Below are positions 46,566-55,872 of a stretch of 64,000 bases of DNA, piece by piece. The position numbers were made by a program, and so were the translations under genes. Position 1 is the stretch's first letter. Each line of letters starts with the position of its first letter. This DNA is from Candidatus Poribacteria bacterium (GTDB lineage: Bacteria; Poribacteria; WGA-4E; WGA-3G): assembly GCA_022827185.1 (NCBI GenBank), contig JAJDTM010000050.1, forward strand, positions 4,743-68,742, given 5' to 3'. The notes under the pieces are model-generated. The model was not told the origin of the DNA. It saw nothing but the letters and a program-made list of their open reading frames with translations, and did no database searches.

Positions 46566-46687
46566 AACCCCCTAAAGAATCAGAATCAACGGTATGAATG
46601 CCTTATGGGCATTCACCGGGTATGAATGCCTTATGGGCATTCCCCGCCCCTTATCAGGGGGACTTTAAGAGGAAACGCGTAAGTTCT
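46566..46687. mobile_element. Partial MITE-like family A copy (right half, with a duplicated inner hairpin unit)
   Basis: AACCCCCTAAAGAATC...(GGTATGAATGCCTTATGGGCATTCMCCG)x2...CTTATCAGGGGGACTTTAAGAGGAAACGCGTAAGTTCT. It is collinear with 48478..48560. Confidence 0.65.
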
Positions 46688-46728
46688 AATAAAGTTGTTC
46701 AGTCATCCACGGTAGATAACTGAACAAC
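46688..46728 (-). terminator. Candidate terminator between the tandem 492-aa genes
   Basis: 10-bp perfect stem GTTGTTCAGT/ACTGAACAAC with a 15-nt loop. On the minus strand it is followed by tttatt. Confidence 0.4.
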
Positions 46729-46772
46729 CTTGAGTAAAGTAAGTGGTTCTAACTGTTCTTACATGCAAAACA

Positions 46773-48251
46773 TTATTCAAAACTACCGACCCGCGCAGCT
46801 TGAGGCGCGCTTGTCGGGAGCTCTTTCTTGGTTAATACGTCTTCAGGTACATAACCGGAGTAATCGGAAATCTGACCGTGTGTCAACGCATACACCACGA
46901 CGTTCGTCATGAAACGATAGACACCCGGTGAATAGTGGACGATACGCGTCGGAAGACTCACGGATTCCATCGCACACATATAGTCGCGACGGACAACGAT
47001 AACCGACAACTTGTCACCAACAGAAATACCCTCAAGATAGTTGCGTTTCGGTGGACGCGTGCCCCACCAGAAGATGTCGAACCCGACAGGTGGACCGCCC
47101 ATTTCATAGAAGTTATTGTAGACCTCATGATCGTTAGGGATCCGTTCAGTCTGATATTCAGGCATGGCATAACGCATCTGTGCGAGGAAAAGACGGATCA
47201 TCGCTTGTGCAGGTGCGTTCACACCGCAGTCATCAAAGACGAGGAATCCGCCTTTTTCGACGAGGTAGCGACGCAGTCCAGCCGCTTCGGCTTCGCTGAA
47301 ACGACCGTCCATTTTACCGCCGCCATATTGCCGTCCGAGCAGGTTACGTGAGCGGGTGAGAGACGGATCGTGTCCTGTCATGAAAACGAGCGGTGATTTG
47401 AGAAGATTGGCATCGGTGAGTTTCACCGCCCCACCTTCAACGTTCATATCGGTTTTGATCTTCGTCCGATCGTTGAGCCATTGTGTTAATGCGTTGAGCG
47501 AAGAGGCATCCGCCCACCAGTCGGAGAGACTGTGCCGGATCCGTGTGAAACGGAATACACCGCGAATGTCTTTCCCCTTACCGATAACGTGTCCATGCGG
47601 CTCACCTCTTGGTGCGGGTGGCACATCGTCGAAGCCGATGTTGATTTTTCGATCAACAGCGTCAATGCCACTTTTTACGACACCAACATGTTGAACCATA
47701 GCAAGCCCCGGTGAACGTTCAAAAGTCACTTTTACCTGCACCGCGCTACCCGCGACACCACGTCCAATGTTAGCAGGTGCAGCGGAGGGCGCGTTTGCCA
47801 CCGGTGCAGCGAAGGTCAAGGCATCGGGAGCATCTGATACCGGCAGATTTGCGGATGTCACGGACGGTGGGGCCGACGCATTCGGTGTAACCACTTTCGG
47901 TACATTCGAGTTAATCGGCGCGTTGACTTTAACAGTCTGACTTGAAAACTCAAGTACTGTCTGCGGTTGAAAGCTGTCCTTATTACTAAACACGGTTGTT
48001 ACACGCGGTTTCACTTGCACCGATTCAACAACGATTGTATTTTGCGTTGGAGCCATCGGTTTAATAGGCTGTCTGATAATAGGAACCTTTACTGTAGGCT
48101 TCGGTGGTTTCGTAGGTTCAAGGATTGTGGTATCTATGAACTCTTGGAAATGCGGCGTTTGCGTGATTAAATAAACACCCGCAAGGAACGCTAACACAAG
48201 ATGGAGTCCCAAGGAAGTCAGCAAGGCACCTGAGGTTCTTTTCGTACGCAT
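46773..48251 (-). CDS. Tandem paralog of 45070..46548 (492 aa; TonB-like anchor plus DUF4159-like C-terminus)
   Basis: Same length and collinear sequence. The N-terminus is SLGLHLVLAFL and the C-terminal half is about 85-90% identical by eye at the nucleotide level. ATG start with a GGAGG SD. Confidence 0.8.
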   Translation of the reverse strand: MRTKRTSGALLTSLGLHLVLAFLAGVYLITQTPHFQEFIDTTILEPTKPPKPTVKVPIIRQPIKPMAPTQNTIVVESVQVKPRVTTVFSNKDSFQPQTVLEFSSQTVKVNAPINSNVPKVVTPNASAPPSVTSANLPVSDAPDALTFAAPVANAPSAAPANIGRGVAGSAVQVKVTFERSPGLAMVQHVGVVKSGIDAVDRKINIGFDDVPPAPRGEPHGHVIGKGKDIRGVFRFTRIRHSLSDWWADASSLNALTQWLNDRTKIKTDMNVEGGAVKLTDANLLKSPLVFMTGHDPSLTRSRNLLGRQYGGGKMDGRFSEAEAAGLRRYLVEKGGFLVFDDCGVNAPAQAMIRLFLAQMRYAMPEYQTERIPNDHEVYNNFYEMGGPPVGFDIFWWGTRPPKRNYLEGISVGDKLSVIVVRRDYMCAMESVSLPTRIVHYSPGVYRFMTNVVVYALTHGQISDYSGYVPEDVLTKKELPTSAPQAARVGSFE

Positions 48252-48431
48252 TCGTCATTACCTCCAAAAATGATATTGCTGAGGTAGACGCAATTTCCGT
48301 GCCAATGCTAAAACGCTGAATTTAGCGGTAATACGCGGTTTAACTGCACGAAAACGGACAGATGCCTTTTTTAACTGCACGAAAGCGGGCTATTTGGGTG
48401 GGTGATTTGTTGGTGAGGTTTAAATATTTAA

Positions 48432-48560
48432 CAGGACTTACGCAAATTTAGCACGCGATGGTAAATTTTTTAGTTTTAAACCCCCTAAAGAATCAACGGT
48501 ATGAATGCCTTATGGGCATTCACCGCCCCTTATCAGGGGGACTTTAAGAGGAAATGCGTA
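48432..48560. mobile_element. MITE-like element, family A (long variant)
   Basis: CAGGACTTACGCA at the left end and TGCGTA at the right end. The inner hairpin is GAATGCC-TTATG-GGCATTC. The element abuts the stop codon of the cysteine desulfurase gene. Confidence 0.65.
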
Positions 48561-49721
48561 CTATCCTCTATACAAGGTGCGCATCTGTTGGATGACTTTG
48601 GGCAGCGTGGCAATGACCGCATTGATCTCTGCTTCAGTTGTGTTTCTACCGAGAGAAAAGCGGACGGTGCCTTGTGCTAAACGCGGTGGCAATCCGAGCG
48701 CGGCGAGGACATGCGATGGCTCCATGGAACCGGAGGTACACGCGGAACCGGTTGAAACACAGATCCCCTCCATATCCAAACGTAGGATAAGACTTTCACC
48801 CTCCACATCCTCAAAGGAGACGTTGAGCGTGCCGGGGGCGCAGTGGTCAGGATGTCCGTTGTAGTGGAGCCGATCAATATGTTCATCTAAGCCTTCGCGC
48901 AGTCGATGTGTTAAGGAGGCAAGATGCTGTGCATAAGTATCCTGCTCCTGTTTCGCAAGTTCGGAAGCAGTGCCGAGTCCTACAATCGCGGGGACATTCT
49001 CGGATCCGGCGCGACGGTTGCGTTCATGTGCACCACCGTGAACGAGATTTGCCAATCGAGTGCCACGGCGGATGTAGAGAACACCGATGCCTTTTGGGGC
49101 GTAAATTTTGTGTCCAGAAAACGCAAGGAGATTCACACCGAGTGCCTGAACGTCCATGTCTAATTTACCGACCGACTGCACGGCATCGGTGTGGAAAGGG
49201 ATTTCATGTGCTTGTGCGATCTCACAGATTTCCGTAAGCGGTTGGATGGTGCCGTTTTCGTTGTTGACGTGCATGATGGAGATAAGTATTGTAGTATCAC
49301 GGACTGCATTACGGAGTTGTTCAACATCAATCCGTCCATGTCTATCAACAGGAAGATAGGTTATCTCGAAACCGCGTTGCTCCAGATAGTGGCAGGTGTG
49401 CAAAACGGCGTGATGCTCTACAGAGGAGGTGATGATATGGTTACCCTTGCCGCGGCTCTTTTGCAGCTCGGTTAGACCTTTGATGGCGTGGTTATCTGCC
49501 TCAGTGCCGCTTCCTGTGAAAACGATCTCGCTCGGACTTTTGGCGCCGATGAGTTCGGCGACCTGTTCGCGTGCGGTATCAATTGCGGTACGTGCCTCGC
49601 GCCCGTAGGCGTGGATGCTGGAACCGTTGCCGAATGCCTCGGTGAGATACGGCATCATGGCATCTCGGACTTCGGGACGGAGCGGTGTTGTAGCGTTGTA
49701 ATCTAAATAGATACGTTCCAT
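48561..49721 (-). CDS. Cysteine desulfurase (class V aminotransferase, NifS/IscS family)
   Basis: IYLDYNATTP, the PLP lysine context SGHKIYAPKGIG and the active-site loop STGSACTSG. Confidence 0.92.
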   Translation of the reverse strand: MERIYLDYNATTPLRPEVRDAMMPYLTEAFGNGSSIHAYGREARTAIDTAREQVAELIGAKSPSEIVFTGSGTEADNHAIKGLTELQKSRGKGNHIITSSVEHHAVLHTCHYLEQRGFEITYLPVDRHGRIDVEQLRNAVRDTTILISIMHVNNENGTIQPLTEICEIAQAHEIPFHTDAVQSVGKLDMDVQALGVNLLAFSGHKIYAPKGIGVLYIRRGTRLANLVHGGAHERNRRAGSENVPAIVGLGTASELAKQEQDTYAQHLASLTHRLREGLDEHIDRLHYNGHPDHCAPGTLNVSFEDVEGESLILRLDMEGICVSTGSACTSGSMEPSHVLAALGLPPRLAQGTVRFSLGRNTTEAEINAVIATLPKVIQQMRTLYRG

Positions 49722-49751
49722 GTTTTTGTCTATATCGCGATTTGGAGGAGT

Positions 49752-51089
49752 TCATTCATAAGTTCGGTGATTCCAAAAGGTTATCCGATTCGGATGAATC
49801 TTAATATCCGGCACGGACTGACTTCCACGGACCTGTCCATTCGCATCCAAAAAAGAAAGTTTGAGTGTATGCGTGCCTGCAGGGAGCGGCATCCGCACCA
49901 TAAAAATCTGATTTGGCAGCGTTTGCCAAGAGCGCTTATCTGCCTGCTCTGTCAAAACACCGGCAAGATTCGTGAGAAGGCCTAAGGCTTCATGTTGCTT
50001 GTTTGCCTGTCGGGTCAGTAAGTATTTTCCTACAGCCCGTACTAACGTTCGTAAAAGGATCATAGGACGCTGTGCGTTGAAGGTTTCTATAGCGATAGTT
50101 TCTACGTCCTCAATAAGGACACCCGTTTTTTGATGATCGTTTCCCACGATGATCCTGATTCCTGAAAAGCGCGGACGATGGGAGTTAATTGTCGGTATCG
50201 CAATGCGCAAGAGGTACTCTAATTTCACCTCTTCATAAACTGCTCCCTGACGTTTTATAAGTGTTGGCACAAACTCTTCATCTTCCACATCGTCTGTTTT
50301 GAGAATTGGAAAGGTCAAAGCTTCCTGACCTTTGGAAGGGACATAACCGCTTTCATAGAACAGGATTAGCTCACCAGTATTTTCAGGATGTGATGGCGGT
50401 TCGCCGTACTGGTCCCGATAACGCTCAAACTCATCAGTGAAACCGAGCCTGCGTGTCAGTCGGACAAGTGCATTGCCGATGTCGTCGGGTGTTTTCACAC
50501 CGGTTTTCTCCGAAGCGTTTTTATAATATTCGGCGGCTTGCTTGTAAGAAATCAAGGCATCATTCCACTCACCTGCAGCTTCAAAGCACATACCGGAAAG
50601 GTGCGCAAGAAACCCTGTTCCGAAGAAATCATACTTTTCGTCTTCACCCTTGAAATAGTTGATGAGAGCCGTAGCGCGACGACACTCTACTAATGCGCCA
50701 TCTAATTGGTTCAGATAGACGTAGTTGAGTGCGCGATAGTAGTGACTCAAAAGTCGTTCATACTGAGTAGCAGAATATGGGCGTAATTTGTCGGAGGTGA
50801 TCAGTGAACCCACCTGTTTTGAAACGCTTTTGGTATAGCGATCTTCTGCAATATCTCCAGCTATATCAAGTGCCTTACTGCTCTCCGCAAACTGGTTAGC
50901 GTAATGAGCGGTCAGTCCCAGTTCAAATTGGTATGGGATATCCGGTTCTTTCGGAGCATGTTTCTGAAGGTAAGTGTAGGCACCGTCTGGCTGTCCGCTA
51001 TTCAATTTGACTTCTACTTCTTGAAACTTATAGCCGCCACACCCTATCATCAGAGAGATAATGCACAGAAAGGGAAGTGTTTTAATCAT
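49752..51089 (-). CDS. Lipoprotein of unknown function (helical/TPR-like N-terminal half), linked to the LpoB-like gene
   Basis: Lipobox LMIGC after a signal peptide. There are no catalytic motifs. It lies next to a COG3417-like lipoprotein gene on the same strand. Confidence 0.7.
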   Translation of the reverse strand: MIKTLPFLCIISLMIGCGGYKFQEVEVKLNSGQPDGAYTYLQKHAPKEPDIPYQFELGLTAHYANQFAESSKALDIAGDIAEDRYTKSVSKQVGSLITSDKLRPYSATQYERLLSHYYRALNYVYLNQLDGALVECRRATALINYFKGEDEKYDFFGTGFLAHLSGMCFEAAGEWNDALISYKQAAEYYKNASEKTGVKTPDDIGNALVRLTRRLGFTDEFERYRDQYGEPPSHPENTGELILFYESGYVPSKGQEALTFPILKTDDVEDEEFVPTLIKRQGAVYEEVKLEYLLRIAIPTINSHRPRFSGIRIIVGNDHQKTGVLIEDVETIAIETFNAQRPMILLRTLVRAVGKYLLTRQANKQHEALGLLTNLAGVLTEQADKRSWQTLPNQIFMVRMPLPAGTHTLKLSFLDANGQVRGSQSVPDIKIHPNRITFWNHRTYE

Positions 51090-51203
51090 TTGCCTCGATA
51101 AATTTAAAAATCGTTATGGGCGGGCACGGGGACCTGCCCAAACAACGACTGTGAAATAGTGGACAGGCACGGGCCCCACCCGACCAGAAGTGTCGCGAAC
51201 GTC

Positions 51204-51836
51204 CTACGGTTTAAACTTACCGCGTCCGATAAACTTCTTAATTTTTTTCTGACCGATCCAGATTTTCTCGTTGGTTTCGATGTTGGTCAACGTGAGATCG
51301 GTCTGATAGAAGACGACCTGATCGCCGCCCTCACGGTCTTCGATGGTGTTGATTTCACCCGTCATCATATAATCAGCACCTTGTTCACGTCCCATCCGTT
51401 TCACAGTTTCGAGTGCAGCAAATTCGCCTTGGTCAGCACGTTCTTCGCGAATTTCGCCACGCTCACTTGAACTGGCAACAGTTCGGACTTTTCCTGAATT
51501 GATAAAGGCGCGCTCAATATCGGAGATAAATGTAGCGACAGCGATATGCTCCATACTCTTATTACGGATACCGCCAACAATCACGACCGGTTTGCCACCA
51601 GCACTTATCCCGTGGTTGTTAATCCATGGGTGTGTCAAGCAGTCGCCAATAATTTCATCTGCCACCATACGCGAATCTGTGTCATTCCAACGTCCTGACA
51701 AGTCAATTGTGGTGTCAGCATCAACGCGGGTGACCTGTTTAGAAGAACTGCAACCGCTAAAAACTATTATTCCGATTAGCAAAGCATAGATTGCCAATCT
51801 ATAAACGGCGGATTTGGCTGCCAAAATCTTATACAT
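51204..51836 (-). CDS. LpoB/YcfM-like (COG3417) outer-membrane lipoprotein
   Basis: Lipobox VFSGC, the block DLSGRWNDTDSRMVADEII and C-terminal YMMTGEI...Y...L.L.N.ETNEKIW, all typical of the family as I recall it. Confidence 0.6.
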   Translation of the reverse strand: MYKILAAKSAVYRLAIYALLIGIIVFSGCSSSKQVTRVDADTTIDLSGRWNDTDSRMVADEIIGDCLTHPWINNHGISAGGKPVVIVGGIRNKSMEHIAVATFISDIERAFINSGKVRTVASSSERGEIREERADQGEFAALETVKRMGREQGADYMMTGEINTIEDREGGDQVVFYQTDLTLTNIETNEKIWIGQKKIKKFIGRGKFKP

Positions 51837-51862
51837 TAGGAATGCTCCTTTTTAGAATGGCT

Positions 51863-51969
51863 CTCAGCCGTCAGTCATCGGCTGTCAGTAGGGCACAGTA
51901 TGGCAGGAATGTTTACGGTAACCCCCACAAGGTACTCTTTCTGATCGCTGACTGCTGATGGCTGATTGC
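51863..51969. repeat. Heptamer-type (STRR-like) dispersed repeat
   Basis: ctcagccgtcagtcatcggctgtcagtaggg ... acccccacaaggtactctttctgatcgctgactgctgatggctgattgcc. It shares a 19-mer with 10388..10406. Confidence 0.7.
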
Positions 51970-51972
51970 CAA

Positions 51973-53760
51973 TTAGAAATCTAAGTCGGTTTCCTGAACA
52001 ATTTTGTCAACGAAGGTATCAAGTGCCATCGCCCCGATGTCGCCTTCATCTCGGCTCCGGACGCTGACGGTGCGACTCTCTGCCTCACGTCCACCAATAA
52101 TTAACATATATGGAACACGTTGCAAGCGGGCTTGGCGGATTTTCGCACCGATCTTGTCGTCGCTGTTATCTAATGTAACACGACACCCCTTTTGCAACAG
52201 AAGTTGTTCGACCTCTTTACCGTAGTCAACGAAGCGTTGGCTAATCGTCATCACGACGCACTGCACGGGAGAGAGCCACGTCGGGAAGGCACCAGCATAA
52301 TGCTCAATCAGCATTGCGATGAACCGTTCAAAACTCCCACAAAGCGCGCGATGGATAACGACGGGACGCTTTTCGGACCCGTCAGGTGCGACATAGATAA
52401 GTTCAAACCGTTCGGGCAGCTGGAAATCGAGTTGCACAGTGGCACACTGTACATCCCGGTTCAGTGAATCCCGCACTTGAAAATCGAGTTTAGGACCGTA
52501 GAACGCCGCTTCGCCGGGATCAAGGGTATACTCAACCTGATTGTTCTTCAACACGTCTTCAAGTATCACTTCGGCGCGGTTCCAAACGTCTACATCCCCC
52601 ATAAATTTTTCGGGATTGCGTGTACTCAAGTCGCATCGGAACGGCAGATCGAAAGTGCCATAAATCCGCTGGAAAAGCCCAAGAATACGCTCATATTCAT
52701 CACCGATTTGGTCCTCTGTGACGAAGTTGTGCGCATCATCTTGACACATCTGGCGGACGCGCGATAAACCGGTCAGTGTGCCTGTGGCTTCGTTGCGATG
52801 CAACACACCTTGGTCATGCAGGCGGTACGGCAGATCGCGGTAACTGTGGCGGACGCTTTTATAAATGAGCATGTGCGCCGGGCAATTCATCGGTTTGAGC
52901 GCGCTTGCGGATCCCTCGTCCTCACTTTCCACAATGAACATATCTTCCTTAAAGTGTTCCCAATGCCCAGAAGTTTTCCAGAGGCTGCTATCGTAGATGA
53001 GGGGTGTCCGCACCTCCTGATACCCTTCACTGAGATAGAGTTTTCGTATCTTTTCCGATAGGAGATTATAGATAAGCGCGCCTTTCGGAAGCCAAAATGC
53101 ACTGCCGGGCGATTCTGGATGCATCTGAAAGAGTTCCAACTCACGTCCGAGTTTCCGATGGTCGCGTTTGGCGGCTTCTTCGCGTTGTGTTAAGTATGCC
53201 TGAAGGTCGGCTTTTGTCTCCCATGCGGTGCCGTAAATTCGTTGCAACTGCTCGCGATTGCTATCACCGCGCCAATAGGCTCCAGAAACGCGGAGCAGTT
53301 TGAAATATCGGCATTCGCCTGTTTTTTCAACGTGCGGTCCCTTGCAAAGGTCTGTGAAATCGCCGTTGTGATAGATAGAAACGCCTTCGTCGGCGACCCC
53401 TTCATCGCTCGCACTGACTTCCTGATCAGAGATTCCGTCGATTAATTCGAGTTTGAATTTCTGGTCTCGTTCACCGAACCATTCACGCGCATCGTCGTAG
53501 GTCCAGGTCTCCTGTTCAAAAGGCACATTCGTTTTAATCATCGCCTTCATGTGCTTTTCGATTTCAGGGAAATCGTCGGGTGTAATTGGACGCGGTACCT
53601 CCATATCGTAATAGAACTCGTTTTCAATCGGCGGTCCGATCGCGAGTTTAACGGTACGTTCGCCATCTGGAAATAGTTGTTGTACGGCATACGCCATGAT
53701 ATGCGCGGTCGAATGGCGTAAGCGTTGTAAATAGTCTTCAGGTTGATTGGGTTCAGGCAT
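51973..53760 (-). CDS. thrS: Threonine--tRNA ligase (short form without an N-terminal TGS domain)
   Basis: Editing-domain HxxxH (RHSTAHIMAYAV), class II core motifs and a C-terminal anticodon-binding domain. At 595 aa it starts at the editing domain. Confidence 0.93.
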   Translation of the reverse strand: MPEPNQPEDYLQRLRHSTAHIMAYAVQQLFPDGERTVKLAIGPPIENEFYYDMEVPRPITPDDFPEIEKHMKAMIKTNVPFEQETWTYDDAREWFGERDQKFKLELIDGISDQEVSASDEGVADEGVSIYHNGDFTDLCKGPHVEKTGECRYFKLLRVSGAYWRGDSNREQLQRIYGTAWETKADLQAYLTQREEAAKRDHRKLGRELELFQMHPESPGSAFWLPKGALIYNLLSEKIRKLYLSEGYQEVRTPLIYDSSLWKTSGHWEHFKEDMFIVESEDEGSASALKPMNCPAHMLIYKSVRHSYRDLPYRLHDQGVLHRNEATGTLTGLSRVRQMCQDDAHNFVTEDQIGDEYERILGLFQRIYGTFDLPFRCDLSTRNPEKFMGDVDVWNRAEVILEDVLKNNQVEYTLDPGEAAFYGPKLDFQVRDSLNRDVQCATVQLDFQLPERFELIYVAPDGSEKRPVVIHRALCGSFERFIAMLIEHYAGAFPTWLSPVQCVVMTISQRFVDYGKEVEQLLLQKGCRVTLDNSDDKIGAKIRQARLQRVPYMLIIGGREAESRTVSVRSRDEGDIGAMALDTFVDKIVQETDLDF

Positions 53761-53943
53761 TATGGTTTACTCTCTATGTGTCCATTCCTATAGATTTCAA
53801 AATTGGTCTTAATAGACTTAACGTCTTTTTTCATCAGTTGTTTACGAATAATTTTACACGATTCAAGTGGAAAATACCAATTAAAAAACCCATGAAGTTA
53901 AAACCGATTCATTTTTTGAAGGTATTTTTCAGGAAGGTGTCGT

Positions 53944-53990
53944 CGAATACGAAAACCCCTAAATCCGTCCGATAAAAGGACTTAGGGGTT
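53944..53990 (-). terminator. Rho-independent terminator after the LVIVD-like gene
   Basis: The minus strand reads AACCCCTAAGTCC-loop-GGATTTAGGGGTT (13-bp stem, 1 mismatch) followed by TTTCGTATT. Confidence 0.55.
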
Positions 53991-54075
53991 GGAAACCGAT
54001 AAGTGCTGTTAGCGTATTGGTTAGTGAACACAGGCTATTAAGATTCAGAATGGAATCTACCGGTAAGGGACTTTG

Positions 54076-55293
54076 TCATTCCAAATCACCCAAGTCGCAT
54101 AACACACCGGCGTAATTTTCGCCAACGGCTATACTAATCGGGTGAAGCGTTCCAAGGGGGGTAGCAGATAGAAACCGGTCGCTATCTCTTTGAAGGGGGC
54201 GGTTGTTTTTAACGAGGTAAATAATAGAAAAGAAACCCTTTGCGTTTGATACGTAAAGGAAATCGCCCGATATTTGAAAATCTGTAATAGGTCCAAGCGT
54301 GTTCACCTCAGTATCTATTTTCTGTCTCCACCCATCAAGACTGTTAACGAGAATCCCTGTTGAACTCATATAAGCATCGGCAGATGCTTGGGGATTGAGT
54401 CGTTCGTTTTCCATTACGCGGCGATAATCTAAATAGTTAACCTCCATATCGTAGTGCTCAAATTGACCGCCGAACCAGCCCCAATCATCTCCTCTCGCAA
54501 TCGTAATAACGCGTGTCGGATATATAGGATCGGCGAATAGTAGGTAATCCTCCGAAACCCGAAGTCTCTCATATCTACCACTGAGTTCTAAGATGTTTTG
54601 ACGGTCCAAGATTTGTCTCCAAATCTGATTGGAAAAATAGGTGCTTTTCGGAAGAATCGGTTGTACGGATGCCGCTTTAGCCCTAATTCCTAACAATCGG
54701 GAACCCGATACTGCAATCGCTTCAACGAATTGCGGCTCTCCCGTAGTAGCGTTAAAAATATGCAGATAATCCCCAGAATCCAGAACATACAGGTAAGTGT
54801 CGTGGACATCAAAAGCCACTATCCGACCGAGAGTGGTAGCGGTACGGGTTGTAGACTGAAGCATCGGTTGATGCGGATTTGAAATATCTACGATATAAAT
54901 CTCTCGTGGGCCTGCAACAAAGAGACGGTGCCCAGACAATGTGCTACTGCTGACCTCGTCAGGAAACGGCATGGATGCAACCAGCAACGGATGCTGCCAA
55001 TCCGACAGATTAACGACGTGCAGATGTTGTACTGTTGTAATATAAGCGTACTGCCCTGAAAAGACGACATTGTTGTTTAGGTTGGCGCGAAAGGGTAGTT
55101 GAATGGAACCCGCGAGTGTCGGGTTTTTCAAATTCGCGGTGTCTACTATAATGAAAACGCTTTCTTGTGGTTTCGCAGATGTAACGGGTTTTTGACGCTG
55201 TTCAAGAACACGCAAACTGCAACCCATATTAATAACGGCGATTAGCAGGACTATAACAATAGCAATCGTTGATTTAGCAAAAATTGTTTGCAC
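54076..55293 (-). CDS. Lipoprotein with LVIVD-like beta-propeller repeats
   Basis: GTG start with a GGAGG SD and lipobox INMGC. Repeated units of the type YAYITT..HLHVVNLSDWQHP, LFVAG..EIYIVDISNPHQP and YLYVLDSGDYLHIF. Confidence 0.65.
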   Translation of the reverse strand: MQTIFAKSTIAIVIVLLIAVINMGCSLRVLEQRQKPVTSAKPQESVFIIVDTANLKNPTLAGSIQLPFRANLNNNVVFSGQYAYITTVQHLHVVNLSDWQHPLLVASMPFPDEVSSSTLSGHRLFVAGPREIYIVDISNPHQPMLQSTTRTATTLGRIVAFDVHDTYLYVLDSGDYLHIFNATTGEPQFVEAIAVSGSRLLGIRAKAASVQPILPKSTYFSNQIWRQILDRQNILELSGRYERLRVSEDYLLFADPIYPTRVITIARGDDWGWFGGQFEHYDMEVNYLDYRRVMENERLNPQASADAYMSSTGILVNSLDGWRQKIDTEVNTLGPITDFQISGDFLYVSNAKGFFSIIYLVKNNRPLQRDSDRFLSATPLGTLHPISIAVGENYAGVLCDLGDLE

Positions 55294-55513
55294 TGTTTTC
55301 CTCCTCTGAATGACGGTAGCAAAAGTTATGAACTTGACTGTTAATTGTGTAAAGATATTGCAATTTTTATGCCAAAACCAAATCCGCTAAATGTGTTAAT
55401 AAATTTGACATTTCGGTGCTGGAATTGCACGAAAAAGGGCAATCGGTTCAAAAAATGCACAAAGCAGTGCAGTTTTAGGCGTTGAGAAAAATTGGGACAA
55501 AATATTGGAAGGA

Positions 55514-55587
55514 TGGGCGGTACAGGACTTGAACCTGTGACCTCTTGCATGTCAAGCAAACGCTCTAGCCACCTGAGCTAACCGCCC
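55514..55587 (-). tRNA. tRNA-Val (anticodon GAC)
   Basis: Hand-folded cloverleaf: acceptor GGGCGGT/ACCGCCC, D arm GCTC/GAGC, anticodon loop TTGACAT and T arm ACAGG-TTCAAGT-CCTGT. 74 nt, with no encoded CCA. Confidence 0.9.
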
Positions 55588-55602
55588 TTTTGGAGGAAAA
55601 AA

Positions 55603-55677
55603 TGGAGGTGGCGGTCGGAATCGAACCGACGAATAAGAGCTTTGCAGGCCCTGGCCTTACCACTTGGCTACGCCACC
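55603..55677 (-). tRNA. tRNA-Cys (anticodon GCA)
   Basis: Acceptor GGTGGCG/CGCCACC, anticodon loop CTGCAAA, T arm GTCGG-TTCGATT-CCGAC and discriminator U. CCA is encoded. Confidence 0.9.
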
Positions 55678-55683
55678 AAAAGA

Positions 55684-55758
55684 TGGAGCGGGAGACGAGA
55701 TTTGAACTCGCGACCTCCACCTTGGCAAGGTGGAGCTCTACCACTGAGCTACTCCCGC
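55684..55758 (-). tRNA. tRNA-Gly (anticodon GCC)
   Basis: Acceptor GCGGGAG/CTCCCGC, D arm GCTC/GAGC, anticodon stem CCACC/GGTGG with loop TTGCCAA, and T arm GCGAG-TTCAAAT-CTCGT. CCA is encoded. Confidence 0.92.
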
Positions 55759-55809
55759 ATAATTTTGAAAATTCGCACAGAAGAGACTGCACTTTCCAAA
55801 AGCATATAT

Positions 55810-55838
55810 AGTTTAATACATTTGTATTTAAATGTCAA
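55810..55838 (-). promoter_or_regulatory. Candidate promoter of the tRNA Gly-Cys-Val cluster
   Basis: The minus strand has TTGACA, a 17-nt spacer, then TAAACT, about 50 nt upstream of tRNA-Gly in an AT-rich region. Confidence 0.4.
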
Positions 55839-55872
55839 GTTAATTTTTCAAAATAGCAAAAATTTGACAACT

